Assembly (NCBI GenBank): GCA_963740315.1
Contig: CAVUDP010000001.1
Location: forward strand, 352,001 to 416,000
Source: an uncultured cyanobacterium
GTDB lineage: Bacteria; Cyanobacteriota; Cyanobacteriia; Cyanobacteriales; Nostocaceae
Direction of reading: 5' to 3'
Length of the DNA stretch: 64,000 bases
In this document: piece after piece, positions 50,660 through 59,091 of the stretch
How the letters are laid out: each line of letters starts with the position of its first letter
Numbering within the stretch: the stretch's first letter is position 1
Notes under the pieces: generated by a model
Databases searched by the model: none
Told to the model about the DNA's origin: nothing
What the model saw: only the letters and a program-made list of their open reading frames with translations
Translations under genes and position numbers: made by a program

Positions 50660-51892
50660 ATGAACAGCTTGCAACAGCTGCGAGAAGCAGAACAAGCACT
50701 ATTAAAGATTTTTTCTGGAATTGACCACAAGGTCAAGCAAAATCTTCAAAAAGTGCTGCACGCCTTTCGCCATCATAGTGTAGGGGCACACCATTTTACA
50801 GGTGTAACGGGATACGGTCATGATGATTTAGGCAGAGACACTTTAGATAGGGTTTTTGCAGAAATCGTGGGGGCACAAGCCGCTGCTGTTAGGGTACAGT
50901 TTGTTTCGGGGACTCACGCCATAGCTTGTGCTTTGTTTGGCGTTCTCCGTCCCGGCGATGAAATGTTAGCAGTAGCAGGGGCACCCTACGATACTCTTGA
51001 AGAAGTCATTGGTTTAAGGGGTAAAAATCAAGGCTCCCTAATTGATTTTGGCATAAGCTATCGCCAATTAAATCTCACTCCAGAAGGAAGGGTAGATTGG
51101 CAAGCTTTAAGCCATGCGGTAGAGAATAAGACTCGTTTGGTGTTAATTCAGCGCTCTTGCGGCTATTCCTGGCGCAAAGGTCTTTCAATTGCCGATATAG
51201 AGAAAATTGTCCGTTTAGTCAAGCAGCAAAATCCGAACACAGTTTGTTTTGTCGATAACTGTTATGGCGAATTTATCGAAACTCAAGAACCTACTGATGT
51301 CGGTGCGGATTTAATCGCCGGTTCTTTAATTAAAAATCCAGGAGGAACCATAGTCAACGCTGGAGGCTACATTGCCGGACGGGAAGACTTAGTAGAAGCA
51401 GCCGCTTGTCGCTTGACAGCACCGGGAATTGGTAGAGAAGGAGGTGCGACATTTGACCAACTCCGCCTGTTATTCCAAGGGTTATTTTTAGCACCGCAAA
51501 TGGTGGGAGAAGCAATGAAAGGCACTCACCTTACTGGCTATGTTTTTGACAAGTTAGGTTATCCAGTAAACCCCGCACCCTTTGAACCTCGCTTCGATGT
51601 AATCCAATCGATTAAACTAGGTTCCGCCGAAAAATTAATTGCATTCTGTAAAGCCATACAGCAGAATTCTCCCATCGGTTCCTATCTAGACCCCATCCCC
51701 GACCAAATGCCGGGATACGAAAGTCAAGTAGTCATGGCTGGGGGAACATTTATCGAAGGCAGCACCTCAGAATTTTCCGCCGACGGACCATTAAGAGAAC
51801 CCTACATAGTTTACTGTCAGGGGGGAACTCATTGGACTCATGTAGCGATCGCCTTAGAAGCCGCGATTGAAGCAATTGGGAATAGGGAATAG
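50660..51892 (+). CDS. Methionine gamma-lyase-like PLP enzyme (aluminium-resistance family)
   Basis: GYGHDDLGRD, VSGTHAI, DNCYGEF, GSLIKNPGG; start at ATG 50660. Confidence 0.92.
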   Translation: MNSLQQLREAEQALLKIFSGIDHKVKQNLQKVLHAFRHHSVGAHHFTGVTGYGHDDLGRDTLDRVFAEIVGAQAAAVRVQFVSGTHAIACALFGVLRPGDEMLAVAGAPYDTLEEVIGLRGKNQGSLIDFGISYRQLNLTPEGRVDWQALSHAVENKTRLVLIQRSCGYSWRKGLSIADIEKIVRLVKQQNPNTVCFVDNCYGEFIETQEPTDVGADLIAGSLIKNPGGTIVNAGGYIAGREDLVEAAACRLTAPGIGREGGATFDQLRLLFQGLFLAPQMVGEAMKGTHLTGYVFDKLGYPVNPAPFEPRFDVIQSIKLGSAEKLIAFCKAIQQNSPIGSYLDPIPDQMPGYESQVVMAGGTFIEGSTSEFSADGPLREPYIVYCQGGTHWTHVAIALEAAIEAIGNRE

Positions 51893-52175
51893 TGAACAGT
51901 TAACAGTTAACAGTTAACAGTTAACAGTGAACAGTTACCAGTTGGGGATTGGGCATGGGGCATAGGGCATTGGGCATTGGGCATTGGGAATAGTTAGGAG
52001 TTCGGAGTTAGCAGTTAGCAGTTAGCAGTTCGGAGTTCGGAGTTCGGAGTTAGCAGTTAGCAGTTAGGAATTTTCTACCCCCTCTACCCCCTCTACCCCC
52101 TCTACCCCCTCCACCCCCTCCACCCCCGAACCCCCGAACCCCCGAACCCCATCTCCATCTCCCCCGAACCCCATC
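51893..52175. repeat. Composite STRR array (AACAGTT, ATTGGGC, AGTTAGC/AGTTCGG, CCCCTCTAC, CCCCGAAC) between convergent genes
   Basis: Seen directly in the sequence. Confidence 0.85.
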
Positions 52176-52180
52176 CCTTC

Positions 52181-53374
52181 CTACTCCGGCAACTCGTACT
52201 GTTCGACAATCCGCTTGGCAAATTCGGGTACGTGCTTTTCTAATTTCTCTGGATAATTCCGCTTTGTATACAAATAATTGCGGGTAAAGTGGGAATCTAT
52301 GGAAAACCGAGCATATTCTAAACCTTTGGGACCAATTTTTTCAATTACTACGCCCATTAATTTCGCCGCCCACATGGGAAGTGTTACGCCTTTATCGTAG
52401 GCGGGAATGCTCTGCTGTACGGCGGCTTGGCGATTTCCTTGGGACATTACTGCTTGGGTGTCGATTTGGTCTTTGACTAAATCGAGCATTTCTTTACCGC
52501 GATCGTTTCTAACTACAATCCACTGCCAGCCAAATGGTGCGCCCATATACCCAACTACGATGTCTGCTAGTGAATTTACGTAGTCAAAACAACTCATGCA
52601 AGAAGGAGCAAATACGTCTTTGAGTTTATTTGTTTTTAAACCAAAGAAAGGTACGGTTTCAGTAGAACCATCTTCATGTTTGAAATGAACCCGAAAATCC
52701 TGCATAAATTCGTAATGCACTACCGTATCGGGGGATTTACTTGTAGTGTCGAGAAATTTTTGCAATCCCGCACGGGTGACGTTATCGACGCAAGGGGTAC
52801 CCAATACATAAAGCTTTTCCAATCCAAGCTGTTTTTCTACGGCGCGTAATGCTTGGATTTGACAACCAACACCAATTACCAATAGCCGTTTCATTCCCGA
52901 TTTTTCAATTTGTTCTAATACGGAAAGATTTGGTGAAAGTGTTGGTTTATTTACCTTAGCTGCCAGTATTTCTTCTGCCGTGCGAGCAATAACCGGCATT
53001 GGTTGAAAGCGATCCTCCTGGGTATTTTGCACGCAAACAACGCCTTCCACAACGCCGCTTTCGAGCATTTGAATCGCGATCGCGCTCACAATTCCCGTCC
53101 ATTGGGCACCCGGAATTGGTTCTTTTTTCCGCGCCGCCATCATCTCTTGCTGTACCCCGAAATAAAGTTCGTCGGAGTTATCAAGATTGCGCGATCGCGA
53201 GTGACTTTGTTCTTCGAGTTCCGCTATTTGTTGATTAAGAAAAGCACAAGCTTCCTTGACATAGTGAACGTAATATGTATCGCAAAGTCCGCAATCGCTG
53301 CATAATTCTTTTGCAGGGCGAGGGCTTCCGGGTTTGAGAGCTTTGGCTTTTTTGTGAGGAGCAAGCGAAGTCAT
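52181..53374 (-). CDS. bciB: Ferredoxin-dependent 8-vinyl reductase (FrhB family)
   Basis: RPAKELCSDCGLCDT, GAQWTGIV, GVGCQ, GTPCVDN, SCMSCFDYVN. Confidence 0.9.
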   Translation of the reverse strand: MTSLAPHKKAKALKPGSPRPAKELCSDCGLCDTYYVHYVKEACAFLNQQIAELEEQSHSRSRNLDNSDELYFGVQQEMMAARKKEPIPGAQWTGIVSAIAIQMLESGVVEGVVCVQNTQEDRFQPMPVIARTAEEILAAKVNKPTLSPNLSVLEQIEKSGMKRLLVIGVGCQIQALRAVEKQLGLEKLYVLGTPCVDNVTRAGLQKFLDTTSKSPDTVVHYEFMQDFRVHFKHEDGSTETVPFFGLKTNKLKDVFAPSCMSCFDYVNSLADIVVGYMGAPFGWQWIVVRNDRGKEMLDLVKDQIDTQAVMSQGNRQAAVQQSIPAYDKGVTLPMWAAKLMGVVIEKIGPKGLEYARFSIDSHFTRNYLYTKRNYPEKLEKHVPEFAKRIVEQYELPE

Positions 53375-53624
53375 AATTAAATCGATATAAAACTCTGATT
53401 ACTTATTTCTTAATATGCCAGAAATAAGTACTTAATTATTTCTTCAAATTAATACATAATATTAATTCTTTATAGAATGCTTCGGAAATTATCTATATCG
53501 TCACTTAGAAATTCGTAAACTTCACGGCAACTTAAAATACAAGTTCAGTAATAGCACAATTAGAGTTTTAAAAAAGTTTCTGTTACTTTTTTTATAGAAG
53601 TTAATAAATCGGGGTTAAAAAACA

Positions 53625-53828
53625 ATGTCTAAAAAAGATGATGATTTTGTAGAAGCTGCGGGCTTCGCAGCAGGTGGAGCAGCAGCAGGTGCTGGAGTTG
53701 CTGCAACAGTAGGAGGTATGGGGTTAGCTGTTGGTGGAACTGCTGTTGCTATTGGTGCGGCTCCAGTTGTAGCAGCAGGTACAGTTGTAGGACTTGCTGC
53801 TTATGGTTTGAAAAAAGTTTTTGGTTAA
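53625..53828 (+). CDS. Small Gly/Ala-rich glycine-zipper membrane peptide
   Basis: 67 aa, GxxxG/AxxxG-rich: GGMGLAVGGTAVAIGAAPVVAAGTVVGLAAYG; RBS GGGG upstream. Confidence 0.8.
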   Translation: MSKKDDDFVEAAGFAAGGAAAGAGVAATVGGMGLAVGGTAVAIGAAPVVAAGTVVGLAAYGLKKVFG

Positions 53829-53834
53829 ATATAA

Positions 53835-54182
53835 ATGGCAAAGAAGTCTCCCAACCCATTACAAAAACTTGTACGTGGTGTAATTAGGGACTTAATTAAC
53901 CAAGCTAACAATCAAAAGCCTGATAAATCAGAAAAGTCAGCGACTAAAAAACCAGCTATAACTAAGCCTCAAAATAAACGTTCGCGCTACATTCCTCCTT
54001 CAATTCGCGTTTCAGTTTTACACAGAGACAAATATAAATGCGTTTTCTGCGGTAGAAATGCAAAGCAAGTTGAGCTAGAAGTTGACCATATTATCCCTTT
54101 TTCCAAAGGTGGTAATAATGACCTTAACAATTTGCAAACTTTGTGTATACACTGCAACCGAGGAAAGAGCGCCGTTTGTTAA
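53835..54182 (+). CDS. HNH endonuclease (McrA-like, Zn-binding)
   Basis: RD.YKCVFCG, LEVDHIIP.SKGG.N..NNLQTLC..CNRGK. Confidence 0.93.
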   Translation: MAKKSPNPLQKLVRGVIRDLINQANNQKPDKSEKSATKKPAITKPQNKRSRYIPPSIRVSVLHRDKYKCVFCGRNAKQVELEVDHIIPFSKGGNNDLNNLQTLCIHCNRGKSAVC

Positions 54183-54204
54183 CTAAGAACTATATATAGC
54201 ATTC

Positions 54205-54237
54205 AAAACCCTTCAGTAAATTAGCTGAAGGGTTTTT
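54205..54237. terminator. Bidirectional intrinsic terminator
   Basis: AAAACCCTTCAG-N8-CTGAAGGGTTTTT. Confidence 0.8.
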
Positions 54238-54259
54238 ACTGTTTTCTAGAGCTTAAAAA

Positions 54260-54337
54260 CTGATGTTGGGTTACGACACGATTAACAAATATTCTTCTTA
54301 TCATCCTTATTTATTTTCGTGTCTAACCCAACCTACG
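54260..54337. repeat. REP/MITE-like hairpin element
   Basis: CTGATGTTGGGTTACGACACGA...TCGTGTCTAACCCAACCTACG; inverted copy at 58792-58867 and a short relative at ~2105-2138. Confidence 0.75.
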
Positions 54338-54508
54338 TACTTTGCATATTACCCTTGAAATTAATTTCAACGCACCAATGCGAGACTTCAAATAAACTTT
54401 AAGAATAGATTGTAATATTTCATTGATTTCTACGAGGTTGTAGCAAGTTTCGTCGGCTTAGACTTTGGTTAACAAGCTTACTTTGGCAAAATATTAGAGT
54501 ACGAGAAC

Positions 54509-55480
54509 ATGAATTCTTTACAACAGGATGCATTAGAAAAACTACGTAAAGCAACAATTGACGCTAGCGTAGCTCAAAAAATGGCTCAAAGAAATTTTGA
54601 AGAAGCTCAAATAGAACTATATAAATGGACGAAGCGACACAAATTAGCTATTGATGCAAATCGAGAGGACTTGATTGCTCATGCAAGATATGAGAAAGAG
54701 CGCTGCAAAGAAACTGTTAGCAGATTAAAAAATCTTGTTGACGGGCAAACATTACAATTAAATAAAATTAAGAGAAACTATAATTTTTGGGAACAAACAC
54801 ATTCTGAAGAACAAACTACAGTTTTGCTTCCAGAACCTAACAATAATACTTTCAGTGACTTCAAGAGTATAGAAAATAAATTGCTAGAGAGTCAAACCGA
54901 TGTAAAAGAAGTTTCACAGTCACACAATACTATCGATGAAAGCGAATTAGTTAATTTTGAAAGCATGGATGATGAATTAGCACGGTTAAAAGGTAAGTCG
55001 CTTAATAAATCTCAATATAAAACTCCAGATTACCAAGACTTCGAGAAGACTCTAAATGAAGCTATCGAACAAACAGAAGAAACTTTACAAATAACTGTTA
55101 GCAATCAAAAAGGGATGCAAAAACAATATAAACAAGCGCAGAAAGAAGCTAAAGAATTGCATACGAAGGCTCAAGTAGCTTTGCAAAACGATGATGATAA
55201 TCAAGCTTTGAATGCTCTCATCTCTAAAACTGTTCAAAAAAAATGTGTGAATGTAATAGAAAATCAATTAAAAGAACAGCAAGCAACACTAACTCTAATA
55301 AAAAATAACTTATCTGTTTTAGAAAAGGTAAAGCGAATATTTGAGAGTGAGGGAGAATTAGCTCAAATGATTAGTTCTGGGGAATTTGAGAATAGCTCTT
55401 TATTGTCTAGTGAATCTCCATTAGATCAAACTGTTGATTCTGAATTGGAATCCTTGAGAAAGGAATTGGATGAAATGTAA
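54509..55480 (+). CDS. PspA/Vipp1 (ESCRT-III-like) derived protein with two tandem domains
   Basis: Two helical-hairpin units resembling Vipp1 (QK.AQ.N..EA....KW..R.KLA....REDL; QK..QKQY.QAQ.EA....KAQ.ALQ..D.NQA..AL..K), each followed by a DDELARLK or DSELESLR helix-5 motif. Confidence 0.75.
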   Translation: MNSLQQDALEKLRKATIDASVAQKMAQRNFEEAQIELYKWTKRHKLAIDANREDLIAHARYEKERCKETVSRLKNLVDGQTLQLNKIKRNYNFWEQTHSEEQTTVLLPEPNNNTFSDFKSIENKLLESQTDVKEVSQSHNTIDESELVNFESMDDELARLKGKSLNKSQYKTPDYQDFEKTLNEAIEQTEETLQITVSNQKGMQKQYKQAQKEAKELHTKAQVALQNDDDNQALNALISKTVQKKCVNVIENQLKEQQATLTLIKNNLSVLEKVKRIFESEGELAQMISSGEFENSSLLSSESPLDQTVDSELESLRKELDEM

Positions 55481-55629
55481 TTATTGTAGTTTCGTATTCT
55501 ATTTTTTCACTCAATACAATACTTCAAACAAACTTTAAAAATAGATTTAAATATTTCCTGAATTCTTCCGAGGTTGTAGCAAATTATATCAGCTTAGGCT
55601 TGGATGAATAAATTAAGAATAGCAAAATC

Positions 55630-56508
55630 ATGGAATACAACCAAATGGAAGTACAGCAAGATAAATTAGAAAAACTACGCTCTGCTCAAAAAGATTTTGA
55701 AAAAGCTCAAGCTAAAGCCTCGGAATGGGCTAAGGTATACCAACTTACTCTTGCTTCAAATCGAGATGATTTAATTTCTCGTGCTAAATATAAAAAACAG
55801 CGCTGCGAAGAAATTGCCAGCAGATTAAAAAATATTATTGACGAGCAAACATCGCAATTAAGTAAAATAAAAACAGACTTTAGCTATCACCAAAATCAAA
55901 TTTCTCAAACACGAAAAAATATTGTTACGGGAGCCGCTTTTATTGCTACTGGAACTATTGCGGGTGCTAATCTTTCTCCGATAATTGGCGGAATGGGTTT
56001 AGCTGGAAGTTTCGGAGCCGTTGGAATTGGAGCAGCCCCTGTAATTTGTGCTGGTGCTGTTACTGGTGCAGCAGCTTATGGTGCTGTGCAAGCAATTCAA
56101 GGAGATACAGTTGCAATGAGCGCGATCGCCATTGGTAGTATAGGCGGTGCAGGTGCTTCTAGCTTAATCGGAACTATGGGATTAGTTGCGCCAAAAATAG
56201 GGTTGGCAGTTGGTATTGGTACGATACCTATGGCAGCTATTGGTGGAGTTGTTGGGCTTGCTGCTTATGGTGTTGCAAAAATGTTGGATAAAACAGCAAT
56301 AAATAAAACTTCAGCAACAAGCGAAACTGCAATACAAGCTTTTGAGCGAATGGAAGAAAAGATTTTAGAGATGGATTTCTATTACGCTGCAAAACAGGAG
56401 TTACAAACGTTTTTATCTGGTGATGATTTGAATCCACAATTTGCAGCTATTGAAATTGAAGACGAATTACAGAAGCTCAAAAAACAACTTTTGACTGATA
56501 AATACTAA
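55630..56508 (+). CDS. PspA/Vipp1-derived protein with an inserted double glycine-zipper
   Basis: N-terminal Vipp1-like hairpin; two GGMGL...GIG..P..AG.V.G.AAYG modules; C-terminal AFERMEEKIL...DL..QFAA...EDEL..LK. Confidence 0.8.
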   Translation: MEYNQMEVQQDKLEKLRSAQKDFEKAQAKASEWAKVYQLTLASNRDDLISRAKYKKQRCEEIASRLKNIIDEQTSQLSKIKTDFSYHQNQISQTRKNIVTGAAFIATGTIAGANLSPIIGGMGLAGSFGAVGIGAAPVICAGAVTGAAAYGAVQAIQGDTVAMSAIAIGSIGGAGASSLIGTMGLVAPKIGLAVGIGTIPMAAIGGVVGLAAYGVAKMLDKTAINKTSATSETAIQAFERMEEKILEMDFYYAAKQELQTFLSGDDLNPQFAAIEIEDELQKLKKQLLTDKY

Positions 56509-56555
56509 ACAATTAAGTTGATAAATTTGACTACTAATTAATCTAAAAATTAAAA

Positions 56556-57132
56556 TTACCAAATCATCTGTAAATCTAATACGACACCGGGTAAAACATC
56601 CTCTCCTGACAAATTATCTGGATTATCTAAAATTTCTACAACATTTCCAATTCGATAAATTTCAACTTGCCGATTTTTACGATTAATTAACCAACCCAAA
56701 CGCACACCATTACTTTTATATTCTTCCATCTTTTTCTGAGTCACTTTCAAACTATCGCTCGGTGAAAGTAACTCAATAACAAAATCGGGAGAAAGCGGTA
56801 AAAATTTCGTTTTTTGTTCGGGGGTTAATTCATTCCACCGTTCTAATTTTACCCAAGAAGCCCTACTGAGAGCGATCGGCACCATTGGGAAGTTTAAAAC
56901 CACCAGAAGAATCAAAGACAATTCCCAGGTTGTTTTTTTGATTCCATACCCACAATTGAGCAGTTAATCCTGCATTACGGTTGCTGCTTTCTCCCCCGAC
57001 TGGTGGCATAATTATTAATTCCCCGGTAGCGTTGCGTTCAAATCTTAAGTTTTGATTTGCTTGACATAGCTTAAAGAATTGCTCGTCTGTTAAATCAATA
57101 ATTGAATTAAAATCTACTGTTAAGGCTTGCAT
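56556..57132 (-). pseudogene. Uma2-family (PD-(D/E)xK) endonuclease, stop plus frameshift at the catalytic PD motif
   Basis: LTDEQF..LC..N..LRFER...GELIIMPP.G...FDSSGGFKLPNGADRS then CAG TAG; the C-terminal half (ASWV...PDFVIELLSPSD...GWLI) is in another frame. Confidence 0.9.
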
Positions 57133-57188
57133 GATATTAAACTTAAACTAAATTAATTTTTCGTGTTTAACCCAAACTAAAAATAAAA

Positions 57189-57664
57189 TTACCAAATCAT
57201 CTGTAAATCCAATACGAAACCGGGTAAAACATCCTCACCTGACAAACTATCTAGATTATCTAAAATTTCTACAACATTTCCAATTCGATAAATTTCAACT
57301 TGGCGATTTTTACGATTAATCAACCAACCCAAACGCACACCATTACTTTTATATTCTTCCATCTTTTTCTGAGTTGTTTTCAAACTATCGCTTGGTGAAA
57401 GTAACTCGATGACAAAATCAGGACAAAGCGGTAAAAATTTGGTTTTTTGTTCTGGTGTTAATGCATTCCACCGTTCTAATTTTACCCAAAAAGCCCTACT
57501 GAGAGCGATCGGCACCATTAGGAAGTTTGAAACCACCAGAAGAATCAAAGACAATTCCCAACTTATTTTTTTGATTCCATACCCATAAGCAGTTAATCCT
57601 GCATTGCGGTTGCTGCTCTCTCCTCCAACTGGTGCCATAACAATTAATGCCCCGGTAGCGTTGC
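57189..57664 (-). pseudogene. Second Uma2-family endonuclease, 5'-truncated, with an extra 4-bp deletion and the same PD lesion
   Basis: Colinear with 56556-57035; homology ends near 57664. Confidence 0.88.
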
Positions 57665-57965
57665 AGGTAGGTATTTATAAGACTTGTAGCGTCACGCACC
57701 ATCCGAGATTTGTAATTGTTCTAAGTCTAATTTAAACAACAAAAACCCAGCCATAAAGACCGGGTTTTTGCAGGTTTCATATAAGATAGGGGTCATAGTT
57801 CCCCAGTTAAATATAGTAAGTAAGCGATATTTTGCTTATCTAAGATAGGATACCGATAGTGGAATGTCAATTCCGGAAAGTTTGAAATTTTTTTTATAAG
57901 ATTTTTTTAAAATCGCAACGCTTCTGAATGTACTATTATCTTTTCTAATAAACAACATCAGTATT

Positions 57966-58406
57966 TTATGTATTGTCTTTGGGGGCTACTGTCCAATCTT
58001 CAAACTGTAAATCAGGTATGCGAGAAAAATCTCGTTGATTCCGGGTTACTAAAATACCATTATGAGAAATGACAATTGACGCTATTCGTAAATCTTGCGT
58101 ACCAATACGAATTTTTTGCTGTTTTAATTCTGTGTAAATATTTATAGCTTTTTCATCAAAATCAAGTATTCTAATGATGTTAAAAAATTCTACTCCCTGT
58201 CGCAATCCTAAATAACCCCATTTTAGTCTTTTCGCTTCCGAAGACTGACGAATAACATCCAGCCAACCACGCATTTGTTCTTCAACAGTAATTACAGTAA
58301 CAGCGATATCCTCAGATTTTACCCGATCTATACGTTGTTTAATCAAAGGATTCTGGGTTTGAAAAAGTGTGATAATATCTGTATCTAGTATCCACAAACT
58401 CATCAA
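57966..58406 (-). CDS. PIN-domain (VapC-family) toxin
   Basis: WILDTD, ITVEEQ.RGW, IGTQDLRIAS, LVTRN.RDF. Confidence 0.92.
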   Translation of the reverse strand: MMSLWILDTDIITLFQTQNPLIKQRIDRVKSEDIAVTVITVEEQMRGWLDVIRQSSEAKRLKWGYLGLRQGVEFFNIIRILDFDEKAINIYTELKQQKIRIGTQDLRIASIVISHNGILVTRNQRDFSRIPDLQFEDWTVAPKDNT

Positions 58407-58756
58407 ACTTCATCCTCTTCTATATTCATTTCTGCGTCTAATTCCTGTCGGTAAGCTGCGATGTTTGACACCACTTCATCAAATAAAGGATTATCTTTAT
58501 ACATCCCCGCAAATTTCATCCAAGGATGTTCAGTTGTTGGTGATTCTATCTCTTGGGTAACTATTTCTACATTTTTTAATCGATTTTCCATCAATTCATG
58601 CAAACTATCGATCGCTTCTTGTTTCGTTGTGGCAAATACTTGGCAATCTGGTAAACCCCAAACTGTTGCTTGATATCCACTTTCTTTGGCTTCAATTAAT
58701 ATTGAATAATTTAGTTTATCAGTTTGGGCAGTATTTTTGATTAAGTTAGTAGTCAT
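58403..58756 (-). CDS. Antitoxin: HicB-like N-domain plus HPW.KFAG C-terminal region, coupled to the PIN toxin
   Basis: YQATVWGLPDC...ATTKQEAI; EHPWMKFAGMYKDNPLFDEV; stop overlaps the toxin start. Confidence 0.82.
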   Translation of the reverse strand: MTTNLIKNTAQTDKLNYSILIEAKESGYQATVWGLPDCQVFATTKQEAIDSLHELMENRLKNVEIVTQEIESPTTEHPWMKFAGMYKDNPLFDEVVSNIAAYRQELDAEMNIEEDEV

Positions 58757-58791
58757 ATTTTAGTAGTAGTTTGGTCGGTGAAGGTAAAGTT

Positions 58792-58867
58792 CGTAGGTTG
58801 GGTTAGACGCACCATAATATATGACCATTAAACGATAAATTCAAATTGCGTCGTAACCCAACATCAG
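58792..58867. repeat. REP/MITE-like hairpin element, inverted relative to 54260-54337
   Basis: CGTAGGTTGGGTTAGACGCA...TGCGTCGTAACCCAACATCAG. Confidence 0.75.
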
Positions 58868-59072
58868 CCTTGTCATATTCCGCATCTTCAGGATTATCCC
58901 AAATTTTTTGCAGCGTTGGTTCGGAAAGCTTTGTAGCAGCTAGGGTAAGGTTATAATCTTCATTCTGCCCAGATAAGGAATCAATATAATTTTCAACTAG
59001 CACCACTTGTTCGGGAACTAGCTGACGTAATTTTTCAATTAATCTTTGTTCGGGTATTTTATTAACTTGCAT
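58803..59072 (-). CDS. DUF2281-like putative antitoxin; C-terminus extended into a repeat
   Basis: LIEKLRQL.PEQV..VE.YID.L...LSEP.LQKIWDNPEDAEYD. Confidence 0.65.
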   Translation of the reverse strand: MQVNKIPEQRLIEKLRQLVPEQVVLVENYIDSLSGQNEDYNLTLAATKLSEPTLQKIWDNPEDAEYDKADVGLRRNLNLSFNGHILWCV

Positions 59073-59091
59073 TGTTTTATATCCTCAAATT

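Noticed and set aside
57872..57877. TCCGGA (DIF1-like) near the Uma2 remnant
   Set aside because: Isolated hexamer with no intact downstream gene start; likely chance.
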